Part shown: piece after piece, positions 28,785 to 40,715 of the stretch
Layout: every line of letters begins with the position of its first letter
How positions within the stretch are numbered: position 1 is the first letter of the stretch
From: Kiritimatiellia bacterium
GTDB lineage: Bacteria > Verrucomicrobiota > Kiritimatiellia > RFP12 > UBA1067
Direction of reading: 5' to 3'
Assembly (NCBI GenBank): GCA_017450695.1
Contig: JAFSTA010000084.1
Span: forward strand, 34,474 to 98,473
Length of the DNA: 64,000 nucleotides
Position numbers and translations under genes: made by a program
Notes under the pieces: model-generated
Database searches by the model: none
Told to the model about the DNA's origin: nothing
Seen by the model: the letters and a program-made list of their open reading frames with translations, nothing else

Positions 28785-30704
28785 TCATGGGAGAAACAGC
28801 CCGACAACCTCCAGGTGCGCGTCGCGCATCTCCTTCCACAAATCGCGGTAGGGGCGGTCCGTCACCGAAAGCAACCCCGTGTTGTAGCTCTCGCCGCCTT
28901 TTCCCTGGAAGAAGCGTCCCGTCGCCGACTGGTCAACGAGGGTGAACCATTCCGTGCCCACGACAAAGCCGAGAGACGCGGCGGTCTTCACATACCGGCG
29001 GTACGTCATTCCCCTCTCCCGTTGCGTCGGCAGGTCGAAAGTGAAGGGTCTCGTATTCGCCTCCTTTCCCGCCGAATAGAAGAACTCGCTCCAAATCTGC
29101 GGCTTGCCCCCGCTCCACTCGTAGATTCGGCGTGCAAAAGCCGGATCCACTTCGCGCGTATAGTAGTTGATGCTGATCGCATCCAAGTACCGTCCGGCCA
29201 CGCGGCAAAGCGCCTCGCGGTCGGCTGTAGATGGCATCCAGCGGTTGCCGATCAACAGGTGGTGTGGATCACAGGCCCGAAAGGTTTTCACGATCAGGGA
29301 GTAATACTTTTCCAGAAACTCGACGGCAAAATCCTCGGGGGACTTGCCGGACGCTTGAAACGCGCGTTTCGCCGCCCAGCTGTCATCCAGCGCGGGAATC
29401 GCCCGGGGAATCGCCTCCATCGCCTGTTCATTCTCCAGGAAATACCCGATCAGCAACGCGCTGTTCACGTCTGTGCGCACGGATTCCATCGCCCCCTCCA
29501 CAGCACGAACCGTCTCCGGATCGTACGGATCGAAGACACCGCGGACCGTCGGGATTTTCCTCACGCCGGAGAGCGGAAGAATCTTCACATACGGAAAGTA
29601 CGCCTGCCGCGCCGCATCCGGAACTTCGCCGAACGCGCCCATCGAATTGAATCCCGCCTGACGAACCCGCGCGATGTTCCGCAACGCAGTCGCCGTGATG
29701 TCGAACGAGCCGTACTTGCGGACAAGGTTCGCGCGATAGTGGGAAACGGCCCGCGTACTCCAGTACGATTCATCCGTCTTCCACGCGGCGGCGAAGGCGC
29801 CCTCATGCGGCGGAATCCACTCGTAGGCGTCCTCGCGTCCGGTCACGTCCGTCAAATCGTCGCCCCCGCCGAAGACGCAGACACCCAGATGGAAAAACGC
29901 ATTCCCGGCTGGATCAACCAGGAACCAGCGCGTACCGCCGCCAGCCAGGACAAGTTTCTCCAGATGGAAATACCCCGTGTGTTTCAGGCCGAACTTCATT
30001 CCCGTCCCCAGAATCCCGCCGAAGGCGTCCAGCTTATACCCCTCCGCAGCGAGCTTTCCCGCAAAGTCCAGCGAACGGTAATACCCGTCCTCCGACTTCA
30101 CATCCGCCTTCAACTCCGACTCTTCCGAGATTTTCCCCGGGAAATCACGAGAGACTTGCCCGAAGCGATCCAGCAGGCGAGCCTTTCCTGCCGCCGGCAC
30201 GAACGAATAGGTCATCTCCCATTCCATCATCCCGGCGGGCAGGAAGATGCGATACTCGAAGGTATTCCAGTTCCACTTGCGGTTGTCCTGCACCTCGAAG
30301 TACGTACCGACAGGGAAACCGAGCGCCAACGACTCCTTGTTGAGATCCCGGACGGCGATCTCGCGTCCGTTTCCTTGAAACAGCTTTTCACTTGCGCCGA
30401 GCGCGAACGGGAACGCCCCCTCCCGTTCATCGACGCGCCAGCCGCCGCCGGAAATAAAACTGGTCGGCACCAGCATGGACAAGAGCATCTGATTCGGCTT
30501 GGCGTCCGCAACCTGAAACCGGACCCTCCCCTCGGAAACGGACAACGTCGCGTTTCCGCGCTGGCACTCGATGCGAAATGTCCCAGCAGACGGGCAATCG
30601 AAGACGACGCAACGACCGTCGATCTTGGCTTGAAATGCGGCTGCCGTCCCACACACGAACACACACGCAAACGCGCACACTCTAAGAATCATCCGTCTCA
30701 TCAC
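28785..30704 (-). CDS. Secreted hypothetical protein, possible TIM-barrel glycoside hydrolase
   Basis: Signal peptide MMRRMILRVCAFACVFVCGTAAA. Internal NYY / IWSEF-type motifs suggest a GH clan-A-like barrel. No family can be named from sequence alone. Confidence 0.35.
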   Translation of the reverse strand: MMRRMILRVCAFACVFVCGTAAAFQAKIDGRCVVFDCPSAGTFRIECQRGNATLSVSEGRVRFQVADAKPNQMLLSMLVPTSFISGGGWRVDEREGAFPFALGASEKLFQGNGREIAVRDLNKESLALGFPVGTYFEVQDNRKWNWNTFEYRIFLPAGMMEWEMTYSFVPAAGKARLLDRFGQVSRDFPGKISEESELKADVKSEDGYYRSLDFAGKLAAEGYKLDAFGGILGTGMKFGLKHTGYFHLEKLVLAGGGTRWFLVDPAGNAFFHLGVCVFGGGDDLTDVTGREDAYEWIPPHEGAFAAAWKTDESYWSTRAVSHYRANLVRKYGSFDITATALRNIARVRQAGFNSMGAFGEVPDAARQAYFPYVKILPLSGVRKIPTVRGVFDPYDPETVRAVEGAMESVRTDVNSALLIGYFLENEQAMEAIPRAIPALDDSWAAKRAFQASGKSPEDFAVEFLEKYYSLIVKTFRACDPHHLLIGNRWMPSTADREALCRVAGRYLDAISINYYTREVDPAFARRIYEWSGGKPQIWSEFFYSAGKEANTRPFTFDLPTQRERGMTYRRYVKTAASLGFVVGTEWFTLVDQSATGRFFQGKGGESYNTGLLSVTDRPYRDLWKEMRDAHLEVVGLFLP

Positions 30705-31122
30705 AGGCTATCCTTTCCCAGCAACAATTCACCTTACGGGAGTAAATTATAGCAAACCCAAGCCCATCCTGCAATTTGTTGTTTTCGGGGCAAGAGGAAG
30801 TGGGCGCATCTGCGTTTTTCACCGTGATCCATGTAGATACCTGCGATACCGAACGCGGAGATTGAACCTCACGCAAAGTCCGCAAAGTTCGCAAAGGGAA
30901 GGAAGGCGGCCACTTCGCGTACTTGGCGAACTTGGCGTGAGACCATGACATGAAAACTTCTGGGTTTAAACACGGCAGACCTTTGTTGAATTATACAGAT
31001 GCGCCCAGAGGAAGTTCTGAGTTGCCGCGTCCCCGTTCGGTTGTACGGCATGGTATGTCGCGCCACAGGACGAACCGCGAAAAATAAGACGGAAAAATAC
31101 GCCGCCAACCGACCGCTACCAG

Positions 31123-31755
31123 CTACTCCTGGTAGGTTTGAAAAACGAGGAGCGGACCGCCGAGGAAGGTGATGCGGAATTCGTTGGCGAACGACTCGTT
31201 CAAGGCGGCCTGCCACCAGCGCGTGAACGCCACGTTCTCCACGGAGTACTTTAACCCTTCCGTATAGACGCGCAGGCCCGGCGTGAATGAAAACAGGGAG
31301 ACCTGTTGTCCGGGGAAGGACGGAAAGACGGTTGATTTTCGAATGGCGGTGAAGACACCGGTGTCCGTGTAGAGCCGCACAGTCGCCTTTTCCTGAAAAT
31401 CGGCCAGCAACGATAGATTGCCCAGCGTGTGGTCCTCACGCCCGCCCGTCGCGCCGAGAATCGCGAGGTCCCGCCAATTTCGCTTGACGCAAAAGCGAAA
31501 CGCCTTCGACAGGTCATTGGTATTCTGATCCGTGTCGGATACGATTCGCTCCGCGTACTTCTCGCGTAGGGTTTCGTCCAGGCTATCCAGATCCCCGACG
31601 ATTCGGGTTGGCTCCAATCCGAACGCGCGCAGTTTCGCGGCGGAGCCGTCGCAACAGACGATGCGGATCGCGCCGCGCAACAGGCCGAGCGGAATGGGAT
31701 GACGCGGGAAATCCCCGTTAGCCAAAATCACGGTCTCACTTGGAACGATCATCAT
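31123..31755 (-). CDS. Thiamine diphosphokinase (thiamine pyrophosphokinase)
   Basis: ILANGDFP...IVCCDGSA...IVGDLDSL...DTDQNTNDLSKA...ILGATGGREDHTLGNL is the canonical TPK catalytic-domain motif set. Overlaps the upstream ArnT-like gene by 20 nt. Confidence 0.8.
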   Translation of the reverse strand: MMIVPSETVILANGDFPRHPIPLGLLRGAIRIVCCDGSAAKLRAFGLEPTRIVGDLDSLDETLREKYAERIVSDTDQNTNDLSKAFRFCVKRNWRDLAILGATGGREDHTLGNLSLLADFQEKATVRLYTDTGVFTAIRKSTVFPSFPGQQVSLFSFTPGLRVYTEGLKYSVENVAFTRWWQAALNESFANEFRITFLGGPLLVFQTYQE

Positions 31756-33337
31756 GGCGTCTCCGGTAAATCTGAAGCGGCGTTTGGTTCTGCCCGAAGT
31801 CAGGTACGGTCTTCACCAACTCGTACCGTTCCCGAATCGCGTTCAGAAAAACCTGCCGCTCGTCATCCGGAACCGGATCGGTCACGGGAGAGCGGATCGA
31901 CCAACTGTAGCCGCTGAACGCGCAGACGGCGGCGGGTGACGACTTCAAGAGCGACAACAGCGTTTCGGTATTCACGACGTGGTTCGACGCCGCTTCCTCC
32001 ACATTCAACTCGGGAAAATACGAAAACGGTCCCATTTCCAGACCGCGAGGCAACGAGAGCCCCGTCTCCACAGCCAGATAGGCGTCTTGCGTCAGCAACT
32101 CACCTTTCGCGTCGGCGAGCGCCGCGATCTCCCTGCCGGTCTCCCGCAACAGGGACAAATCCGACTGTTTGCGCATCACCGTCCAGAAGCGGTCTTGGCG
32201 GATAACGAACCAATCCTGCAACAACGGCGATCCGAAGGAGACAAGCAGAACGGTCGCGACGGAAACCAGAGAGACCCAGGAACGTCCCGTTCGCGTCTCG
32301 GCCATCTCTGCCAGCCAGGTGGCAGCGGAAATACAAAAGAGTCCCATCACGGGAACCTGATAATCGTCATACGGATGCGGGCTGCACAACTGGAAGGTGA
32401 AGACAACCCCCGCCGCAAGGAAGCAACCCCAACGCCAGAAAGACCGCGCCCCCGAAGAATCCGATTCGGATGTCCCCTGTCCGCTTCCCTTCCCTTTCGA
32501 CGCGTGCCACAGCAGAACCGCCAGCGACAGGATCGCCAGCGCCGCATACCCGCGCACAATGCGGGAAACGGAACCCGCCATCAGCATCAGATTACGCCCG
32601 CCGCGCGAGACATGGAAGGTTTGGGCATAGAGAAGCTCCTCTTTCGCAACGAGCAACGGGATCCCGTACACCAGCGCGACGCCGAGCGTCCCTCCGATCC
32701 CGAACCAGAACCACGACATCCCGCCAGCCCTGCGTCGCTGGAAGAGGAGGACGAATGCCACCACCGGCAAAATCAAAATGAGCGAGATGCGTGTACCCGC
32801 CGCCAACGCCAGCAGAAAACCGCCCAGGAAAGAACAACAGATCGAGCGCACCGAATTTCCATCGCACCAAGTCAGCGCGAGAAAACCCGCGAGAATCAAA
32901 AGCGCACCGAGTGAATAAGTCTTGGGAATCGTGGTGAAATAAACATGGTAGAGGTTGCAGGCGGTCAACGCAAAGGCGATGACCCCCGCCACGCAACGGC
33001 ATTCGCGACGCACCAGACGGGAAGCGAGAACCCCCGTAACCACGGCGCCAAAAATTCCCAGACACGCCGTCAGCACCCGTCCGCCCAACACGCCAGCCTG
33101 TCCCCAAAGGCCATGCAACGAACCATACACGGTCGGCAGAACAGGTCCCTGCGTGAAGAAGAAATCACGGTAGGGAAAGCGACCGTTCGCGACCATCCGC
33201 GAGGCGTACAGATACCAACCCTCGTCTTGATTCAGCGCACCGAACCAGACTGAAAAACCGTACAGGCAAAAGGCGGCAGCCACGGAAAGCGTCCCCGCGA
33301 TCCAAACACCCTTTTCAGACAAAAAACGGGAAATCAT
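31736..33337 (-). CDS. ArnT/PMT-family (GT39/GT83-like) integral-membrane glycosyltransferase
   Basis: N-terminal LNQDEGWYLYASRMVANGRFPYRDFFFTQGPVLP (the DE..Y / periplasmic-loop signature of the dolichyl-phosphate-mannose / undecaprenyl-phosphate-sugar transferase family). ~12 predicted TM helices. Confidence 0.65.
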   Translation of the reverse strand: MISRFLSEKGVWIAGTLSVAAAFCLYGFSVWFGALNQDEGWYLYASRMVANGRFPYRDFFFTQGPVLPTVYGSLHGLWGQAGVLGGRVLTACLGIFGAVVTGVLASRLVRRECRCVAGVIAFALTACNLYHVYFTTIPKTYSLGALLILAGFLALTWCDGNSVRSICCSFLGGFLLALAAGTRISLILILPVVAFVLLFQRRRAGGMSWFWFGIGGTLGVALVYGIPLLVAKEELLYAQTFHVSRGGRNLMLMAGSVSRIVRGYAALAILSLAVLLWHASKGKGSGQGTSESDSSGARSFWRWGCFLAAGVVFTFQLCSPHPYDDYQVPVMGLFCISAATWLAEMAETRTGRSWVSLVSVATVLLVSFGSPLLQDWFVIRQDRFWTVMRKQSDLSLLRETGREIAALADAKGELLTQDAYLAVETGLSLPRGLEMGPFSYFPELNVEEAASNHVVNTETLLSLLKSSPAAVCAFSGYSWSIRSPVTDPVPDDERQVFLNAIRERYELVKTVPDFGQNQTPLQIYRRRHDDRSK

Positions 33338-33710
33338 CGTTCATCCTTTCTTGTCCCAGTATAACAAAAATCCGCCTCTCTGAACAGTCCCCAGATTCCG
33401 TGTTGAGCCGAGTAAGCGCATTGAGCCGGACATTCTGGATATGCAATGCGGACGCGACGCTTTTGAAAAATGAAATCATGATGAAACCAAACGATGCCAT
33501 CCCCGATTGTTGGCTTGACCCTAAAAGGTTGAAATGATAGATTGGGGTGGATTTTGGAAGTCACAGGTATTTCCCGTCATTTGCGGAGGAGTCCGGCACG
33601 GGCGGATAACCGATTCGCTTGGGTACTGCTCCGTGATGTGGGGATAGTAGATTGGTTTTGGGAGAAGCCTCGGCTTTCTCTCTTGGGTGTTGCCGGAAGG
33701 ATAAGGTGGT

Positions 33711-36700
33711 ATGTCATACAAATTGTTTGCGCAGGTGTTTGCGGCGGTTGCGGGAATTTGCATCTCGACGACGCCGTCGTTCGGCGGGCTGGTGGCGAAG
33801 TGGGACTTCAACAACTACGATCCGACGAACCCGACGGCGACGAACATCCTCGCGGCGACTGTCGGCGACGCGGGTAAGCCTTGTTATTATTACGTGAACA
33901 ATTCACCCAAGTGAACCGCGCTCGTGACGGATGGCACGCTCGGGCAGATGTACGTGGTTGCGCCCGACTATACCGGTTCTGATGCGGTCGTCACCAATGC
34001 CGCCGCAGGTCTCGGGGAAGGCAACTACGCCATCGCGATTCCGAAGTACTCGCATGTCGCCCTGCCGATTCCCGATGCCGTGAAGAACCACGTCTGGACG
34101 ATGAAGATACGCTTTTACCGGGCGGACTCGTCCTTCGAGACCCTGTTCAACCGCAACGGTAACACGACCGACGGGGATCTCTTCATCCGCAACAACAGAA
34201 CCGTCAGCGGAAAACTGGCGGACAGCGTCGGCGGCGGCAAGTTCGCCGGGTCCAACAATTACAAGACTCCTGTTTCGAGCGGTGTCTGGCACACGCTGAC
34301 GATCTCCGTCGGCGAGCAGCGCTGGGACGTGTACCTGGATGAAACGACGTTGTGTACGTACAATAACAGCGGAGAGCGGAAAACCTATTTCGCCGACAGC
34401 GACGAACCCCTCAAGGATATCGACGGAGTCGGCCATCTTCTCCTGTGCGCCGACGACGACGGCGAGGACGGGCTTCTGTACATCGACTACGTGGAGCTGT
34501 ACGACGAGGCGTCCGTTTACGAGGGCAAGCTGCCGCACTACTCGAAGGCGGGCTTGATGGGCGAGTGGACGTTTCCCGTCGCCAATCCCGTCAAGGCGAC
34601 AGTCGGGCGCGACCTCGTGAAGCATACGCATGACGGACAAACCGTCAGCTTTGCCGAGGCGACAGACGGCGTTCTTCCCGGCGACGGGTACGTCCGCGCC
34701 GGGCGGTACAACGACTTCATCTGCTACCACGGACTTCCGGCCAACAGCAGTTACACCGTGGTGATGGACGTTCGCGTGCCGCGCAATCCCAACGGTACGC
34801 AACAGTGGCATTCCCTGTTCTCGGCGAACGATTCGCAGGACGCATCCGTCTTCATTCAGTACAAGAACAGCAAGCTCAACATCCGCTCCTCCGGCGACAA
34901 GACCGTCGCAATGGGTGTCGCGTTTGACGAATGGCGCGCGTCGCCATCGCGTACACGAACAATATCAAAAAAATCATGTACGTGAACGGCAAGATGAACC
35001 ACGAAAGCACCGTGCGCCAGGACCGCATGAAGACAACCAAAGGCGGACACTTCTCCCTTCTCGGCGACAATGACGGCGAGGATTTCGAAGTCGATATCTC
35101 CTACGCGGCAATCTACGACCGCATGTTGACGGCAGCCGAGATCGCTGAACTCCATTCGCGTCCGCTCGCGCAACGCGCAGACGAGTCGTTCGTGCCCACG
35201 CTCGCCCCTGCGGGCGTGTGGGTGGCCGACGGCAACGGCGGCCTGGCGACCTCGAAGGGGATGCCGCTCACAGCGGTGGGCAACGGCTACACCTGGACGC
35301 GCACAGCGGTGACGAATGTCGCCACGTATGTCGCCGACATCACGCTTCCCGCCGTGCAGACGGACGGCGGCGTGCTGGCCATGAACGTGAGCGGCGTCGC
35401 CTCCGGCATCTACGGCACGGGCAGCACCTACTCCGGCAGTTTCACCACGACGACCTCCGCCGGCAATTTCCTCGCCAACACCACGGTGGGCAAGTGGGGT
35501 TACTGGACCGAGAACGCACTCGACCGCACGTACCCGCACCGTGTGGCGGTAACATGGGCGGCGAACGGACGCGTCCACTACTATGTTGACGGACGTCCGT
35601 GGGGACAGATCACTCCCACGGACGGCGACACTTCGCTCCAGCCATCGGACACGATGACGTTCCTGGACGGTCTCGCGTCGGGCGTGACGAGGTTCGCCGC
35701 CTACGACGCGACGTTGACGCCAGATGAGGTGGCCGCGCTCGGCGGCGCGGGCACGTCTTTCTCCGGCAACGCGCCCAACGCGCCGACGGTTTCGGCGACG
35801 GTTCCAGCCGATCCCGTGAAGGCGCTCGTCGATCCCGTGACGTTCACCGTGTCGGGAACGCATCCGGACGGCGAGTACATCTCGTTCGCGATCGACTTCG
35901 GCGACGGCACGGGAGACTGCACGTCCGAACTCGTCCCCTCCGGTTCGTCCGTGACGTTCTCGCACAAGTACATCGCCGTCGGGACGATGACGCCCCGCGT
36001 AAAGACGATCTCGCAGAACGACGTGGAAAGCGCGTGGACATCGCTGGCGACGCCGTTCGAGGTCGTGAGCGTCTCCGTCGCGGCTCGCGACGTACTGCTC
36101 ACCTGGCCGTGGCAGCAGAACGTCTATACGAACCGCTTCACGATTATGTGCGAGGGCGTGAAGGACACGGAGGACGCGACGCGCTGGGACGGCCTGGAAG
36201 TGCAGTACGGCGCGGGCTACGCGCAACATGCAACGATGTCGCGCGTGGAGGGGAACGGAACCACATGGATCTACACCGCGCACATCACAATCGACGGCGC
36301 GGACGGACAGACCATCCCCTACCGCCTCGGATACTATGGTCTTCCGCTCACATTCGACGACCCGGCAGACGACACCGCCGGTACGGTGAAGTTGTGGTCG
36401 CAAGACGAGAACGAGTCTTTCACATGCGCCATTTGGGGTGACAACCAGCAGGGTGGAAATACCTACGACTGGGGTTCCGACAAGTTTCTCTACGTGACAC
36501 GCCTTTTCGAACACATGGTTTCGCAAGACGTCGATTTCGGCATCTCGACGGGCGACATGGCGTCCAACGCAAACTACGCGAACGAGATACGTCCCTGTAT
36601 CCTCGACCGCACGGACGCGATCTTCGGCCGCACGCGTCCCTACTATGTGGCGTGGGGCAACCACGACACGGGCTTTCCCGCGAACAAGCCGTACTTCGAG

Positions 36701-39700
36701 ACGGGCGCCGTGGACGAACCCGCCTACGGCACGAGCGCATCGGGCAACTACTACCTCTATCGCGGGAACGTTCTCTTCATTTTCATCGACAACGGTCTGA
36801 TGACCGCCGCCGCCACGCAGACCTGGCTCGCGGACCTGCTCGCCACGGATCGCGCCCGCGCGGCGAAGTTCCGCATCCTCGCGCAGCACGTCCCGTTCTG
36901 GCTTGAGTGCTGGGGCGGACACAACAGTATCGCGCTCCTCGAAACCGCGAAGGCGGGAGGAATCGACCTGGTACTCTCCGGCCATATGCATGGATACGAA
37001 CGTATCCACAAGGACGGCATCGTACAGCTCACGAACGGAGGTGCCGGGTATCTCGACCATCTCGAATCCGTGTCCGTCAGCTACGGCGACGCCACGTTCA
37101 TCGGCGGGCACAGGGACGTGCCCTACCTTTGGGCGCGGCAAAAGAGCACGGACGAGACGAACGTGATCGGACCGGCCGAGCCCGTGCGAATGGGTTGCAT
37201 CCAGAGTTACGGCGAGCTGAAGGTGGACGGCGCGACGCTCACCTACACCGCGCACGGCTTCCACGCGGACGGCAGCTACATCGGCGTGTTCGACGAATTC
37301 TCCCTCACCTCGCGCACCGTCATAGCGACGGCGCCCTCGCCGTCCTCTTCCATCACCTGCGCCGATCCCTCGACCTTCGCGCAGTTCACCTCCGCGTCCG
37401 TCACGAACGCGAAGTGGAAGGAGTACAAGGACGCGGTCGGCGAAGCGTTCACCTACGCGGAAGGCGCGGGCGCCGATCCGGTCGTGAACGTCTCGAAGAA
37501 CGAAATCGAGAAGTTCCTCGTCTGGCTCAACGGCGCAAACGGAGACTACCGTCTGCCGACCGCAGGCGAACTCGAGACGGTGTTCGGCGGTGAACTGCGG
37601 CGTGATGTCGCGGAGTGGACCTCGTCCGTCGATCCCCGCACGGGGTGGTGCCGCATTCTCGGTTCTCCCTTGTGCGCGGCGGACGGCACGTGGTGCCGCG
37701 AAGCAGACAAGCCATCCATCGCGACGGCGGGCTGCCATGCGAACTACCTCGGTTTCCGTCTCGCCACCGGTGCGGCTCCGGCGGAACCGGCGGCGCCCGG
37801 CGCGTCGCTCGCGCCCGCACTCGCGTCTCTGGAACAGATTGCCGCCCCCGCTGCCGTCTATAAGTGGCAGAATAATACCCTCGTCGATATTACGGCGGAG
37901 TGGACGAATCCCGCATCCGACCTCTCTTACCAGGTTCCGGTAATCTTCACGGGCAAGGGCGTGATCTCGAACAACCCGACGGCATTCAACGTCACGTTCC
38001 ACGCCGGACTGGCCGCGCCATATTCGACACAACTCGTCAAGAGCGGCGAAGGCGCACTTACGGTCAAGGGCGTGGTCAAAGGCGGCGTGTGCGACTCCGA
38101 GGGCGGATGGGTAATCGCCTCCGAGGGACCGCTCTCGTTCGAGGATGTCGTGTTCGCCGGGCAGGGCGTACAGTTCCGTTCGGGCGACCGCGCACTGCTG
38201 CTGAAGGGCGACAACGACTTCTCCGGCGCGGACATCTTCCTCAACGGCGCGAACAACAACTGCACGAACTACGTAGCCTCTTCAACGCCAGCGACATTCC
38301 GTGCGCGGCGCATAACGAACAAGGGCGCGAATCCGTCTGGCATTGGCGAGAACCTCTCTCTGATCCTCTCCAAGGACATTCGGTTCAGTGGCGGGTACAC
38401 GATGCACATCGATGGTTCGCTGGACGCGGAGGCGTTCAACATGTTCACCAATAACGACCCGTGGCTGTTCGGAGCCGGCACATTGCGCGTCGGGTATTTC
38501 GGGACGTACGACCACTCGTGGATTCGGCTCGCCGTGTCGAACGCCGTATTCACCACGGCGCGTCCGCTCCGCTCCAACCATGAGAAATACTATTCAGGCG
38601 TTCTTCGTGGCAGGGGATGTCGTGCGCCTGTCCTCCACCTGCGACTGGGAGATCGGCGAGAAAGACAACTTCGGAAAACCCGTTTACATTCTTGCGAATA
38701 CCACGCATGCCGCCCGTCCTAAGCTCGTGATCGAGGGGACGCACGACGTCCTCTATGCGCCTACAGCATCCGTCGGATCCTACGACACCACGAGTAGTTA
38801 CACCGCCCCCTGGGACGTAGAAATGGCCGGAACAGGGACCGTAACGGTCAAGACGCCGACGCAGGGCGACATCAACGTGTCGAACGGCACGGTGAAGATT
38901 TCCGCCCTGCCGTGTGCAGGGATTACCTCGACCTCCGGCACCGGCAATTGGTCGATCGACGAAACGCTCTCACTTTCGGCGGGGCAGATCGTCCACGGCG
39001 CGTTCGCGACGGGCGGTACCCTCTCCTTCGACTTCGGCGCGAACGGTGCCGGCGAATATGCCGTGCTGGAGGGGTGCGGGCTTTCGGAGGGAGACATCAC
39101 GGTGACGACCTCACTCGACGGCGACAACCAATACACCGTGAGCCGCGACTGGTCCGGCGGGAACCTCACACTGACACTCATGCCCGTCGGCGCTCGGATC
39201 GCCGAATGGACAGGCGGCGGCACGGCCGAGAATCCGTTCGACACGGCGAACTGGCGCGTGACGGACGGAACAGGAACGGAGATTCCAGGCGCCGTGCCGA
39301 ACGCCTCCACGTTCATCCGCCTCGCCGGCGCAACGGCGCTCAGCTTCCCGCAGACGGAGGGATTCACCTACGCCGGGCTGATGCTCACGGATGGCGTCTC
39401 GCTCGTGGCCGACTGCGACTGGAGCGGACTTGGCACGGTCGCGTTCCGCGACGGCACGTGGATCGACCTGCTGGGGCACCGTCTGGACATCACCGGTTTC
39501 ACGGGCGTGACGGCGGGCATGGCAGGCGTGACCGATTCGACGATGGACGCGGAGCATCCGGGCGAACTTCACATCCGCGTCGCGGAAGATGCGACCTTCA
39601 CAAATGACAAAGTCGCGCTGAACGGCAATCTTCGCCTCGTGAAGGAAGGCCTGGGCACGTTTGTGGCGACCAAGGCGAACCAAAAATACACCGGAGGCAC

Positions 39701-40562
39701 GGAAATCGTTGCGGGGACTTTGAAATGCGGGGCGAAGTCGTCTTCCTGGCCTTTTGGCGGAGACGGCAACAAGAATGAGGCGTCGCAGATTATTACCGTC
39801 GATAGAGGAGCCACGCTCGACATCAACGGGATGACGGCTTTCGGCTACATAACGATCGTGTTCAACGGCGGAACGGTGAAGGGTGCCTCGACGCAGTTCA
39901 ACTGCGCAAAGCGGCTTACCGACGATTCGTATCTTGAAGTGACGGGGGACATGAAGTTTCAGACCCATCCGCTCGTCTTGGACAGGCATACCCTCGAAGT
40001 GTCGATAACCTCGGCGAAAAACCTCATATTCGACTCGTGTTCACCAGAGGGCCCCGGCAAGATCGACATCAAGTCCGGCGGTTATCTGCTGATGCAGAAC
40101 ATTGAACATGTTGCGACGAACGTGGACTTCGTCGTCGGCAGCGCGTTGAAAATCAACACCGCATCGAGCGTACACGACTACGAGGCTGTATTCAACGGCA
40201 ACTACAACCTCGGGGCTGCGGCGCTGAACGTACACGGTACTTTCAAGCCGTCCGCGCACGACTGCTTCTACGGCTGCACGATGATGGACGGCTCGACCAT
40301 CGACCTGACAAACCGCACCACGCCGCTTCCGCTCACGTCCGCGTTCACCGACAGCGGCTTGAAGACGCTCTCGTTCGCGAACGGCGCGACCATCCGGGTG
40401 AAGGTGGACGGCAGGTCATTCTCCGGACGGACCGTGAAGGTCATGTCGTGGAATGAACCACCGGCGAACGTCACGTTCGTTTCCGCTGGCAACGGTACGG
40501 TCAAGGCGGAAGCAGACGGCCTCTACTTTGTCAAGGGTGGCACCGTCTTGAGTATCCACTAG
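33711..40562 (+). pseudogene. ~6.8 kb giant surface-protein gene (LamG x2, calcineurin-like metallophosphatase, FGE-fold domain, autotransporter-type beta-strand repeats) interrupted by an in-frame TGA (33912..33914) and two frameshifts (~34935..34945 and ~38560..38600)
   Basis: ORFs 33711..33914 (signal peptide MSYKLFAQVFAAVAGICISTTPSFG) and 33924..34985 are in the same frame, separated by one TGA. A LamG domain is split between frame 0 (..AMGVAFDEW) and frame +2 (RVAIAYTNNIKKIMYVNG..) at a gcgcgcg run. Metallophosphatase motifs GDMASN / GNHD / GHMHGYER. FGE-fold motif DYRLPTAGELETVFGG...GFRLATG. The last segment, 38578..40562, carries repeats such as LVKEGLGTFVATKANQKYTGGTEIVAGTLKCGA. It may alternatively be 3-4 separate genes, or reflect assembly indels. 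Confidence 0.5.
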
Positions 40563-40564
40563 GG

Positions 40565-40715
40565 CAGTGCGGCGCGTTCGGTTGTGCGGCATATCCGCCC
40601 GCACCGCAAAGCGAGCCCCCCACCCTCACGTGTGGGCGGGCAGTGCGGCGCGTTCGGTTGTGCGGCATATCCGCCGCACCGCAAAGCGAGCCCCCCACCC
40701 TCACGTGTGGGCGGG
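40565..40715. repeat. Tandem direct repeat, 2 x ~75 bp, immediately after the giant gene stop
   Basis: cagtgcggcgcgttcggttgtgcggcatatccgcc(c)gcaccgcaaagcgagcccccaccctcacgtgtgggcggg occurs twice. Each unit has the GTGCGGC..GCCGCAC and CCCAC..GTGGG hairpins. Confidence 0.8.

Noticed and set aside
33912-33914. In-frame TGA in the giant gene as a possible selenocysteine or recoded codon
   Set aside because: No SECIS-like context is recognisable, the protein class (adhesin-like) is not a selenoprotein family, and TGA serves as a normal stop for neighbouring genes (e.g. at 2998..3000). A nonsense mutation or sequencing error is far more likely.
34856-38032. 1058 aa ORF on the minus strand
   Set aside because: Antisense to the domain-rich giant surface-protein gene. 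The Arg/Gly/Val-rich low-complexity translation lacks any recognisable domain, so it is a shadow ORF.
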